This document shows positions 30,601 to 41,300 of a DNA stretch of 64,000 nt, in pieces. Origin of the DNA: a virus. Positions within the stretch are counted from its first letter, which is position 1; each line of letters opens with the position of its first letter. The position numbers and the translations under genes were made by a program. Below the pieces are notes generated by a model that had not been told where the DNA came from, ran no database searches, and saw nothing but the letters and a program-made list of their open reading frames with translations. The stretch covers positions 10,768 to 74,767 of IMG/VR virus record IMGVR_UViG_3300032294_001887; one strand, written 5' to 3'.

Positions 30601-30605
30601 AAATT

Positions 30606-31058
30606 ATGGCAGAACAAGAAAGCACAAAAATTGAATTTTTATTGAAATTGAATGATAACATTATTGTTCAAAGATTTTTCAATGTGAGGGGGTTTAACCC
30701 AAAAGCAAAGAATTCGTTGGAATTACATTATTTTATGAAATATTTTAAAGATGAACTCCAATATCATTTGAAAATGAAAACCGTAACTTATATGATGGAC
30801 AATCAAGATTTAATATCAAATGACCCAACAGTTATGAATACATCGTTTACCGATGGTCCGGAAATCTTCAATATGTATATAAAAATTGGAGAACAGACAA
30901 TTTGTCATAGAATGTTTGATGGAAAATTATTTCCGCCAAAAGTTCGTTATACGGTTGATATACGACCTATTTTGAAAGATGCCCTTCGTGAATTGACTGA
31001 CATTTTTTCCTCAAAAAAATTAAATTTTAATTATTTGGAGTTTGACTTGAGCAAGTAA
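30606..31058 (+). CDS. hypothetical protein
   Basis: Probable start ATG 30606 (MAEQESTKIEF) rather than 30531, which overlaps the upstream gene. Confidence 0.7.
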   Translation: MAEQESTKIEFLLKLNDNIIVQRFFNVRGFNPKAKNSLELHYFMKYFKDELQYHLKMKTVTYMMDNQDLISNDPTVMNTSFTDGPEIFNMYIKIGEQTICHRMFDGKLFPPKVRYTVDIRPILKDALRELTDIFSSKKLNFNYLEFDLSK

Positions 31059-31093
31059 CTATTTAATAAAACAGGTAAACTTACAAACGATAT

Positions 31094-32470
31094 ATGAACA
31101 AGAATTTTGACTACTTAGGTAATACATTTCAAATACAACTTTTAAATCAGATTATAGTAGATAAAGAATTTTCAATGACAATTATGGATGTTATTGAAAG
31201 CTCTTATTTTGACAACAAATACTTCAAAATCATTTTACAAATGGTTAAAGAGTATTATGTGAAATATCAATCAACACCTAATTTTGATACTCTTGAGCAA
31301 ATCGTTAAATCAGAAATCTCACAAGAATTGGTTGCAAAAATCGTTCTTGATACTATTACACAAATTAAAGACGCTCCATTTGAAGGAACAATGTTCGTTC
31401 AAGAAAAGGCGTTGAAGTTTTGTAAACAACAAGAACTCCAAAAGGCGATGGATAAGGCTCAAAAGATTATCACTGAAGGTGATTTTGAATCTTATGATAA
31501 GGTCGAAGGATTGGTTCGTGAAGCATTACAAGTTGGAGAAAGAGAAACCGGCTTAACCGATATCTTCTCCAATCTTGATAGTGTTTTGGATGAGGATTTT
31601 AGACACCCAATACCTATGGGAATACCTGGTATTGATAAGTTATTAAAAGGTGGTTTGGCTAAAGGTGAGATTGGGGTTATCCTTGCTCCAACCGGAGTTG
31701 GTAAGACGACCATCTTAACTAAAATTGCAAACACTGCATTTAATCTTGGGTATAATGTTCTTCAAATATTTTTTGAAGACAACCCAAAGATTGTTCAAAG
31801 AAAACATTTTACCCTTTGGACTGGTATTGAACCGGATAATTTGGTTCAACATAAAGAAGAGGTTATGGGTAAAATTACTGAGATTAAGGAAACAATGAAG
31901 AATGAGTTAATCTTGAAAAAACTCCCTTCAGATTCAATAACAATGAGTCATATCAAAAATCAACTTAGAAAAATGATTGCTGATGGAACTAAAATTGATT
32001 TGGTCTTGTTAGATTATATTGATTGTGTGGTTCCTGAAAGTTCAAGTAAGGATGAGTGGAAAGCTGAAGGGTCGGTAATGAGAGGTTTTGAAGCAATGTG
32101 TCATGAACTTAATTTGGTTGGTTGGACTGCAACACAAGGGAATAGGTCTTCAATCTCATCTGAGGTTGTAACGACAGACCAAATGGGTGGGTCAATCAAA
32201 AAAGCACAAGTTGGGCATGTTATTATATCTGTTGCCAAAACATTGCAACAAAAAGAAATGAATTTGGCAACAATTGCAATCACCAAGTCACGTCTTGGTA
32301 AAGATGGTGTCGTTTTTGAAAATTGTAAATTCAATAACGAATTACTTGAAATAGATACTGAAAGTTCTGTAACATTCTTGGGATTTGAAGAACAACAAGA
32401 AGAAAGAAAGCGTGATAGAGTTAAAGAACTTTTGGAAAAAAGAAAATTAAGAGAACAACAAAATAATTAA
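31094..32470 (+). CDS. replicative helicase (DnaB / T4 gp41-like)
   Basis: Walker A APTGVGKT, LDYID, WTATQGNR, KSRLG. Confidence 0.92.
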   Translation: MNKNFDYLGNTFQIQLLNQIIVDKEFSMTIMDVIESSYFDNKYFKIILQMVKEYYVKYQSTPNFDTLEQIVKSEISQELVAKIVLDTITQIKDAPFEGTMFVQEKALKFCKQQELQKAMDKAQKIITEGDFESYDKVEGLVREALQVGERETGLTDIFSNLDSVLDEDFRHPIPMGIPGIDKLLKGGLAKGEIGVILAPTGVGKTTILTKIANTAFNLGYNVLQIFFEDNPKIVQRKHFTLWTGIEPDNLVQHKEEVMGKITEIKETMKNELILKKLPSDSITMSHIKNQLRKMIADGTKIDLVLLDYIDCVVPESSSKDEWKAEGSVMRGFEAMCHELNLVGWTATQGNRSSISSEVVTTDQMGGSIKKAQVGHVIISVAKTLQQKEMNLATIAITKSRLGKDGVVFENCKFNNELLEIDTESSVTFLGFEEQQEERKRDRVKELLEKRKLREQQNN

Positions 32471-32480
32471 ATTATAAAAA

Positions 32481-33428
32481 ATGGAAAAAATATTAAAAGA
32501 AAATCCCAACCGATTTGTTATCTTCCCAATAGAACATGATGATATTTGGGAGTATTATAAGCAACACCAAGCAGCTTTCTGGACGGCAGAAGAAGTTGAT
32601 TTAACAAATGATATCCGTGATTGGGAAAATTTATCGGATAATGAGAAATACTTCGTTAAGAATGTTTTATCGTTTTTTGCTGCATCAGATGGAATCGTTA
32701 ATGAGAATTTAGCGGAAAACTTTTTGAAGGAAGTTCAATATCCTGAAGCGAAATTCTTTTATGGATTTCAACTTATGATGGAGAATATTCACTCGTTAAT
32801 GTATTCACTTTTGATTGATACATATGTTTCAAATCCTAAAGAAAAAGATGAGTGTTTCCATGCGATTGATAGATTACCGGCGGTTCAGAAGAAAGCATCA
32901 TGGGCTCTCGATTGGATTAAGAATGCATCTTTCCAAGAAAGATTGGTTGCGTTCGCCGCGGTTGAAGGTATCTTCTTCTCAGGTTCATTCTGTTCAATCT
33001 TCTGGTTGAAATCAAGAGGAATCATGCAAGGATTATGTAACGCTAATTCATTAATCTTTAAAGACGAGAACTTACATTGTGATTTTGCAATTCACTTGTT
33101 AAATAATCACATAGAGGATAAACCAAGTGAAAAAAGAATTAAAGAAATCTTATTATCTGCTTTGGAAATTGAAAAAGAATTTATCACAGAATCTTTACCG
33201 GTTTCACTTATTGGTATGAACTCAAACTTGATGAAACAATATCTTGAGTTTGTTGTTGACGGACTTTTGGTTAAACTTGGATGTAAAAAAGAGTTTAATG
33301 TTGAACAACCATTTAAGTTCATGGAACAAATTGCGGTTGAGACCAAAGGTAATTTCTTCGAGTCAAGAACGATGGAATACCAAAAGGCAAAATTGAACGA
33401 AACAATAACATTTACAGAAGATTTCTAA
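32481..33428 (+). CDS. nrdB: class Ia ribonucleotide reductase beta subunit
   Basis: [49 protein letters not shown]. Confidence 0.96.
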   Translation: MEKILKENPNRFVIFPIEHDDIWEYYKQHQAAFWTAEEVDLTNDIRDWENLSDNEKYFVKNVLSFFAASDGIVNENLAENFLKEVQYPEAKFFYGFQLMMENIHSLMYSLLIDTYVSNPKEKDECFHAIDRLPAVQKKASWALDWIKNASFQERLVAFAAVEGIFFSGSFCSIFWLKSRGIMQGLCNANSLIFKDENLHCDFAIHLLNNHIEDKPSEKRIKEILLSALEIEKEFITESLPVSLIGMNSNLMKQYLEFVVDGLLVKLGCKKEFNVEQPFKFMEQIAVETKGNFFESRTMEYQKAKLNETITFTEDF

Positions 33429-33440
33429 ACCATATAAATT

Positions 33441-35861
33441 ATGATGTCATTAAGAATTAAAAAAAGAGGTGGAGAGGATGCTCCCTTTAATCCTCAAAAA
33501 ATTTACAATAGAATTAAAAGAGCGGCAAAAGGATTAAATGTTAATTCTGACGAGATTTTTATAAAAGTAATAACTTCAGTTCCAACTGAAGGTTTGATTA
33601 CAACTAAAGAATTGGATAAACTTGTTTATGAAATCGCTGCGGCATATACGGGTAGTCACCACGACTACTCAAGACTAGCATCATCAGTTGCTATTTCAGC
33701 GTATCATAAGGAAACTAAAGATAGTTTTTCAGAGACAATGATGGAACTCCATGAAACGGGGGTGGTTAATGACAAGTTTATTGAGACTATCAATAACTAC
33801 GGACCGGAAAAAATTGATGAAGTTATTAATCATGAGAATGATTATAATTTCGACTATTTTGCTTGGAGGTCATTACAGGAAATGTATTTGTTAAAAACAC
33901 CACAAGGTAAAGTGATTGAAAGACCTCAACATATGTATATGAGGGTTGCGATATGGGTTACAAATTCATTTGAAGAAGCGATGGATTATTACAATTCATT
34001 ATCGAACCAATTAATATCACCAGCAACTCCAATTATGATTAATTCGGGGACTAAAGTTCCTCAATTGGCTTCTTGTGTATTACATTACAACAATTCAGAT
34101 TCTCGTAATGGTTTATTACAAACTTTGAATGATATCTCAACTTATTCTTCGGATGCTGCGGGTATTGGATTATCAATGTCTAATATTAGAAGTAAAGAAA
34201 GTAGAATTAATTCATCAGGTGGATTTGCCGGTGGATTATTGAAATACCTTAAGATTGTTAATGAGTCATTGAGATTTTTTAACCAACAAGGAAGAAGACC
34301 TGGTAGTGCGGCGATTTACCTTGAACCATGGCATAAAGATATTATTGACTTACTTGAAATTAAAAAGAATACAGGTGCTGAGGAGTTGAGGGCAAGAGAC
34401 TTGTTCACGGCATTATGGATACCGGATAATTTTATGAGAGCGGTTAGAGAAGGTGGAGATTGGTATCTATTTTGTCCTAATGAAATTATTAAGGCGGGAA
34501 TTAAACCACTACAAGAATGTTATGGGGATGAATATGAATCAAATTATGATAAAGCTGTTGAAATGGGACTTGGAAAAAAAATCAAGGCTCAAGAGATTTG
34601 GACAAAAATTGTAGAGTCTCAAATTGAAACAGGAGTTCCATATCTATGTTCAAAAGACAATGCTAATAGAAAGACAAATCACCAAAACATTGGAGTAATC
34701 AAACAATCTAATCTTTGTAATGAGATTTACCAATATACGGATGAGAAAACTACTGCAATTTGTACCCTATCATCAATGGTGTTAAAGAATTTCATTAAGG
34801 ATGGTAAATTCGATTATAACTTGTTAATCAGTGAAGTAAGGAAAGTTGTTAGAGCGTTGAATAATGTGGTTGATAAGAATAACTATTCAACAGAAAAAGG
34901 TTTAAAAGGTGGTCTTGAACAAAGAGCAATTGCAATTGGAACACAAGGATTGGCGGATGTATTCTACTTGATGGATTATATTTTCACTTCAGAAGATGCG
35001 AAAACTTTAAATAAAAACATTTTTGAAGCAATTTATTTCGCAGCGGTTACTGAAAGTATGGAATTATGTAAGTCAGGAGTTAGAACTCCTTATAAGTTTT
35101 TTGAAGGTTCTCCGATGTCTAAAGGTATTCTTCAATTCGATATGTGGGGATTAAGTGAAACTGATTTATTTTTGGATTGGTCATTACTAAAAGAAGATGT
35201 TAAAAAATATGGTGTTTGTAATAGTTTGTTCACTGCTCAAATGCCTGTGGCGTCTTCAGCTAAGATTACAGGTTCATTTGAAATGACCGAACCAGCTCAC
35301 TCTGCCTTATTTAATAGACGAGTTGTTGGAGGGGAAATATTAATCGTAAACAAATACTTAATTAATGATTTTGAGAAGATGGGTATTTGGAGTGAAGATT
35401 TGAAAAATGAAATCATTATGAATGAAGGGTCTATCCAAAATATTAATTTTAACAACTACCTTGACCCGGAAGATAAAAATTATCTTAAGAAAGTTAAAAG
35501 AGCTGAACACCTGATTAGTAAGTATAAAACAATTTGGGAGATATCTCAAAGAGAATTGATTGATATGGCGGCAGACAGAGCACCATTCGTTGACCAATCA
35601 CAATCAATGAATATCTATATGGCTAATCCAACATTATCAAAAATTACATCATCACATTTCCATTCATGGGAAAAAGGTTTGAAAACTTTATGTTATTATG
35701 TAAGAACTAAAGCGATTTCAACAGGAGCAAAACACTTGGCGGTTGATGTTTCAAAAATACAACAAGTTAAAAATAAAGTCGAAATACCTAAAGTGGATAT
35801 TATTAATACATCGGTTAAACCCGAAGATAGTCCATTTGAATGTTTCGGTTGTTCTTCTTAA
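33441..35861 (+). CDS. nrdA: class Ia ribonucleotide reductase alpha subunit with ATP cone
   Basis: IKKRGG ATP cone, ERPQHMYMR, QLASC, YLEPWH, SNLCNEI, DQSQSMN, GLKTLCYYVRT, C-terminal CFGC. Confidence 0.96.
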   Translation: MMSLRIKKRGGEDAPFNPQKIYNRIKRAAKGLNVNSDEIFIKVITSVPTEGLITTKELDKLVYEIAAAYTGSHHDYSRLASSVAISAYHKETKDSFSETMMELHETGVVNDKFIETINNYGPEKIDEVINHENDYNFDYFAWRSLQEMYLLKTPQGKVIERPQHMYMRVAIWVTNSFEEAMDYYNSLSNQLISPATPIMINSGTKVPQLASCVLHYNNSDSRNGLLQTLNDISTYSSDAAGIGLSMSNIRSKESRINSSGGFAGGLLKYLKIVNESLRFFNQQGRRPGSAAIYLEPWHKDIIDLLEIKKNTGAEELRARDLFTALWIPDNFMRAVREGGDWYLFCPNEIIKAGIKPLQECYGDEYESNYDKAVEMGLGKKIKAQEIWTKIVESQIETGVPYLCSKDNANRKTNHQNIGVIKQSNLCNEIYQYTDEKTTAICTLSSMVLKNFIKDGKFDYNLLISEVRKVVRALNNVVDKNNYSTEKGLKGGLEQRAIAIGTQGLADVFYLMDYIFTSEDAKTLNKNIFEAIYFAAVTESMELCKSGVRTPYKFFEGSPMSKGILQFDMWGLSETDLFLDWSLLKEDVKKYGVCNSLFTAQMPVASSAKITGSFEMTEPAHSALFNRRVVGGEILIVNKYLINDFEKMGIWSEDLKNEIIMNEGSIQNINFNNYLDPEDKNYLKKVKRAEHLISKYKTIWEISQRELIDMAADRAPFVDQSQSMNIYMANPTLSKITSSHFHSWEKGLKTLCYYVRTKAISTGAKHLAVDVSKIQQVKNKVEIPKVDIINTSVKPEDSPFECFGCSS

Positions 35862-35865
35862 AATA

Positions 35866-35898
35866 AAAATCCCAACATATGTTGGGATTTTCTTTTTT
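35866..35898 (+). terminator. terminator after nrdA
   Basis: perfect 26-bp palindrome AAAATCCCAACATATGTTGGGATTTT followed by T run. Confidence 0.72.
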
Positions 35899-35939
35899 AA
35901 TCTATTTATAAGAAAAAACAGAAGAGTATATTTATAGTT

Positions 35940-36410
35940 ATGGCTAATGGTGTTACATATGGTATTAATTTTCCGTTTAGAGATTCTCTAAGAGGAGACT
36001 ACTTACAATTAACAGAATTACAATCAGAAGAAATTAAAGCTGATTTAATTCATCTATTGTTAACTAGAAAGGGTTCGAGATATTTTCTACCTGAATTTGG
36101 AACAAGATTATATGAATTTCTTTTTGAACCATTTGATGGATTAACATTTAATGCTATTGAATCTGATATAAGAGATGCGATTGAAAACTTTATGCCAAAT
36201 TTATTGGTTAATAGTTTAAGTATAACACCGGCCGACCCACAAGAAGAAGTTGATATTGCAACAGGTCAAAATTTTGTGGGAACAAGTGAATCGTCAGTAT
36301 ATCGATTTCCGGGAAAAGGAACTTCAGAATATACTGCAAAAATAAGGATAGATTACTCAACCAATGGTTCTACTTTTGGTCAAAGTGATTTTGTGATTAT
36401 TAATATTTAA
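35940..36410 (+). CDS. baseplate wedge / sheath initiator (T4 gp25-like)
   Basis: GINFPF..IKADLIHLLLTRKGSRYFLPEFGTRLYEFLFEP. Confidence 0.88.
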   Translation: MANGVTYGINFPFRDSLRGDYLQLTELQSEEIKADLIHLLLTRKGSRYFLPEFGTRLYEFLFEPFDGLTFNAIESDIRDAIENFMPNLLVNSLSITPADPQEEVDIATGQNFVGTSESSVYRFPGKGTSEYTAKIRIDYSTNGSTFGQSDFVIINI

Positions 36411-36415
36411 ATAAG

Positions 36416-38254
36416 ATGGCAAACAACAGAATATCATACGCTAGTAGAGATTATCAGTCGATTAGAACTGAACTTTTAAATTATACTAGAACATATTACC
36501 CTGAATTAATCCAAGACTTTAACGACGCTTCGGTATTTTCGGTATTTCTTGATTTAAATGCTGCGGTTGCAGATAATTTACATTATAATATTGACCGAAG
36601 TATTCAAGAAACGGTTCTACAATATGCTCAACAAAGGTCGTCAATTTATAACATAGCAAGAACCTACGGGTTAAAATTACCGGGACAAAGACCGTCTGTT
36701 TCATTGGTAGACTTCTCAATCACAGTCCCTGCTTTTGGGGATAAAGAGGATGAGAGATATCTTGGAACATTGGCTCGAGGGTCTCAAGTTGTTGGTGCGG
36801 GTGTTGTATTTGAGAATGTTTACGATATTGATTTTGCGTCACCATATAATGCTCAAGGATTCCCAAATCGTTTAAAGATTCCAAACTTCAATGCTAATAA
36901 TATTTTAATAAATTACACAATAACAAAGAGAGAAATTGTTGTGAATGGTATTACTAAAGTTTTCAAGAAGGTTATTGGTGCGAATGATGTTAAACCTTTC
37001 TTTGAATTATTTTTACCTGAAAAAAATGTTTTAGGAATTACAAGTGTATTATTGAAGAATGGAACGAACTATACCAATACTCCTACAGTCGCAGAATTTT
37101 TAGGTTTGGATAATAGATGGTATGAGGTTGACGCATTGGCTGAAGATAGGGTATTTGTTGAAGACCCGACAAAAGTATCTGACCAACCGGGTATTAAAGT
37201 TGGTAGATATATTCAAACCCAAAATAGATTTATTACTGAATATACACCAGAAGGATTTAAAAAAATGACATTTGGAGGAGGAACCAATACTGCTCAAGAC
37301 CAATTGAATCAATTTACAACTTTAGGTACTACATTAGAATTACAAAAATATTCAAATAACTTTTCATTGGGGTCAACTTTAACTCCAAATTCGACATTAT
37401 TTATTCAGTATAGAGTTGGAGGAGGATTGGCAACTAACTTGGGAACAAATGTTATCAATCAAATTGGAACCGTATCGTTTTTTGTTAATGGTCCGTCAGA
37501 AACAACTAATTCATCTGTTGTTAACTCATTGAGATGTGTCAATGTAACCGCAGCGGTTGGAGGGGCAGGTATTCCATCATTGGAAGAAATTAGAAATTAT
37601 GTTTCATTTAACTTCTCAGCACAAAAAAGAGCGGTAACCGTTCAAGATTATGAATCATTAATTCGAAATATGCCGGCTCAATTCGGAGCGCCAGCTAAAG
37701 TATCAATTACAGAAAATGATAATAAAATTTTAATTCAAATATTATCATATGACACTTCAGGTAAGTTAACAAACATTGTTTCAAATACTTTGAGACAAAA
37801 TATTGCAAATTATTTATCAAACTATAGAATGATGAATGATTATATTTCAATCTTTAGTGCTGAAGTTATTGATTTAAGTTTGGATGTCTCAATAGTGTTA
37901 GATTCGGCTCAAAATTCAGGACAAGTAATTTCAAGTGTTGTTGATAAAATATCTGCATATTTTAATGCACAAACAAGACAATTAGGACAGAATGTTTATT
38001 TATCTGAACTTAGAAGTTTAGTTCAAAATACTAATGGGGTATTAACGGTTGCAAGTATGGATGTATTTAATGAGGTTGGAGGACAATACTCGTCAGCAGA
38101 AACTTCAATGACTTATAGGGACGAAGCGACAAGATTAATTGAACCTGTTGATGATACAATTTTTGCGCAACCTTCACAAGTTTATCAAGTTAGATATCCG
38201 AATAAGGATATTAGAGTTTCAGTTAAAAATTTCCAATCAGTTACTTTTTCATAA
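36416..38254 (+). CDS. baseplate wedge protein (T4 gp6 / P2 gpJ-like)
   Basis: YASRDYQSIRTEL, AQQRSSIYNIARTYG, YRVGGG, AAVGGAG..SLEEIR, QKRAVTVQDYE. Confidence 0.88.
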   Translation: MANNRISYASRDYQSIRTELLNYTRTYYPELIQDFNDASVFSVFLDLNAAVADNLHYNIDRSIQETVLQYAQQRSSIYNIARTYGLKLPGQRPSVSLVDFSITVPAFGDKEDERYLGTLARGSQVVGAGVVFENVYDIDFASPYNAQGFPNRLKIPNFNANNILINYTITKREIVVNGITKVFKKVIGANDVKPFFELFLPEKNVLGITSVLLKNGTNYTNTPTVAEFLGLDNRWYEVDALAEDRVFVEDPTKVSDQPGIKVGRYIQTQNRFITEYTPEGFKKMTFGGGTNTAQDQLNQFTTLGTTLELQKYSNNFSLGSTLTPNSTLFIQYRVGGGLATNLGTNVINQIGTVSFFVNGPSETTNSSVVNSLRCVNVTAAVGGAGIPSLEEIRNYVSFNFSAQKRAVTVQDYESLIRNMPAQFGAPAKVSITENDNKILIQILSYDTSGKLTNIVSNTLRQNIANYLSNYRMMNDYISIFSAEVIDLSLDVSIVLDSAQNSGQVISSVVDKISAYFNAQTRQLGQNVYLSELRSLVQNTNGVLTVASMDVFNEVGGQYSSAETSMTYRDEATRLIEPVDDTIFAQPSQVYQVRYPNKDIRVSVKNFQSVTFS

Positions 38255-38342
38255 AAAGTTCACTTTATTTTTCTTTAGTTTATTATTTAGTGGTGTGAGC
38301 GTTTTAAAAATCTCTCATAAACTATTTATAAATTAAAGTAAC

Positions 38343-41300
38343 TTGATGGGTCAATCATATAGAATAAGAACTGAATTAGGGGTTAATAAATCGATTAACG
38401 TACAACTAGACCAAGAGTTTGAATTTTTAGAGATTTTATCTTTAAAACTTCAACAAGAAGACATCTATACAAAAAGTTGTGCCGAATATGGGGTAGTTGT
38501 AGGTAGAGTAACTGCAAATAATGGATTCGGAATACCTAATGCTAGAGTTTCAATTTTTATCCCAATAGATTCGGTAGACGAATCAAATCCTATAATTTCA
38601 AGTATATATCCATATAAATCACCAAGTGATAAAAATGAAGATGGTTATAGATATAACTTACTTCCGTATGAAAAATCATATTCAACTCATGCTGCAACAG
38701 GGACATTACCATCAAGATTAGATGTTTTGACGGGTGGTACCGCAGTTGAAATTTATGACAAATATTACAAATTTAGTGTAAAAACTAATGAAAGTGGTGA
38801 CTATATGATAATGGGAGTCCCACAAGGAGAACGGACTATAGTTATGGATGTTGACTTATCCGATATTGGAGAATTTTCTTTAACACCTCAAGATTTAATT
38901 AGAATGGGATTAGCAACCGAATCCCAAGTTGCCGGAGGAAGATTTAGAACATCAAATGATTTAAATTCTTTACCTCAAATTATTAATCTTGTTAAAAATT
39001 TAGAAGTATCTCCATTATGGGGAGACCCTGAATTATGTACTATCGCAATTAACCGAGTTGATTTTGATTTGAGAGATGATGCAAATGTCGACATCCAACC
39101 AACATCGGTATTCATGGGGTCAATTTATTCTACTGCTGACACATATAGAATTAGACCAAACGCAAAACCTGCGGATGATATGGGTAATCTTTGTGCATTA
39201 GTTGCGGGACCCGGACAAATTTTGGCGATTAGACAAACAATTTACCAAGATAATGATGGTAATCCTGTGTTAGAACAACATCAGTTAGAACAATCCGGAA
39301 ATATTATCGATGGGAATGGAGTTTGGTTAACTGAATTACCTATGAACTTGGATTATTTCATTACCAATGAATTTGGTGAAAAAGTTTTATCTAATGACCC
39401 AACAATTGGTATACCAACTAAAGCAAAATATAGGTTTAAGATAAAATGGCAACAATCACCTGGTTTAACTGAACAGGTGAGGAGACCATACTATTTAGTT
39501 CCAAATATTAAAGAATATGGTTGGTCATCAGGAGGTGGAGGAATAAGTGATGTTAATGAGCAGCAAAGTTCATATTATTTTGGGTTGGCGTGGAGTGGAT
39601 ACACCAATGGATTTACAGGGACTCAAAAAAATAATAGACTAAACGAAATCATTAATTGTGAGGATACTTTTTATGAATTCCAATTTAACAAAGTTTACAC
39701 AATTGCGGGATTAATTGATGAATTTAAAAATGGTGGAAGAGGAAACTTTATTGGTATAAAAGAAATTGATAGTCCGGATTGTGCGAACACAATTAATAAA
39801 TTCCCGGTTAACGATGGTTTTAAAAATTTTGATTTAATTTACTTTATTTTTGCAATAATTCTTCAAATAATACAAATACTTGGAATCCCTTTATTAATAG
39901 TGTTTCATTTTTTAGCTTTTCTTTGGAATAATTTTGCCACACCAATTTTATTATTTTTTATTGGGTTGTTAGTTAAAGCTGCGGTTCAACAAGGAATTTT
40001 AGTTATTGCGGCAATTGCGGGTTCCGCGGCATTTGGTGCGACGCTTGCAATGATTGCGCCACACGCCTTACTTGCAATTTTATATAGCGTCAGTGCAATT
40101 TTCTTAACAATTAATTTTAGACAAATTGTAAGTTATACATTTGGTCGACTTAAATTACCTATGATGACATATCCTGATTGTCAATCTTGTGAGTGTGACC
40201 CTGAAACTACTGCTCCGGGAGGAGGAGACCAAGAGAGTGTGCCACCATCAGGATTTTTGACACAATTATCTAATGGGGGATTATATATTGATAATCTTGA
40301 GGTTAATTTTTTTGACCCTAGTGGAACTAATGAAGATAATGAAGATAACGCTCAATTAAGTGCGGTTACAATTTCACAAGCAATTTCGGGAAAATTTAGT
40401 AGGAAAACACCCACGATATATAAATCAACCTTTACAGAGCCATTTACTTTTCCTGACCCAATTCCGGATAGTAGTGGTGGTAAAAAGCTCATTGCCGCAG
40501 GTATTACCTTACCTCCGGGAGAAAGAGTTAATAAGTATAATACAAGAAAAAAATATTTTGATAATGTTAACAAAATAAAAGTAACGTTTAATTATCCAAG
40601 TAATATTGGAAAATCTCACGACGATAACACATTAACCGTTTTGGCGTCACAAGCTCTTGAACCAGGAACTCTATTAACTTTTATTGACCCTCTTAAAACT
40701 AAAGACGTTAATTTTTTATGGACAGGAACAACCTCAATCGGAGCTAATAAATTAACCGGAATTAATGGTATTATAAAAAATAATCAATTTAATGCGGATG
40801 TCATATATGCGAAAACACAGACAACTTCCGATATGGTTTCATATATCATACCATCAGGTAATTCAACTTGTTTTTTATCAATAACATTTGATGTGGTGTC
40901 TACGGGAACCACAACTTATTTTAGTTGTGCCAACGAAAAAGTAACGGTAACCGCGACAACAACTGGTTCTAAAACAATAACCAATGCAAATGGTATAGAC
41001 ATCACAACATTAGGAGGAACCGCCGAAATAAGTGGAATTACTTATGGACAGGCTTGTCAAAGATATATTTATCCTTCAGACCTTGAATATTATCAAGTAT
41101 TAACTGCAATCACCATTAACACAAATGTTGACCCTGGCACCGGCAAGACAATTTATTCATTACCCGGTCAAGGAGACCCAACAAAAGGATTTTGGAATGA
41201 TTTAATAGCGGATAATAAAATGTTTTTATTAGCAAACTGGGCTTTAGATGGTTATGAAAATTATGGATATGTTAAAGGAACGGATGCAGGAAATTTGATT

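Noticed and set aside
30531-30605. ORF-track starts at 30531, 43777 and 51371
   Set aside because: Non-ATG starts overlapping upstream genes; in-frame ATGs at 30606, 43819 and 51383 fit translational coupling better
27764-35861. Inteins or introns in UvsX, helicase or RNR
   Set aside because: Lengths are typical, motifs are contiguous, and no intein splice-junction pattern or frame interruption was seen
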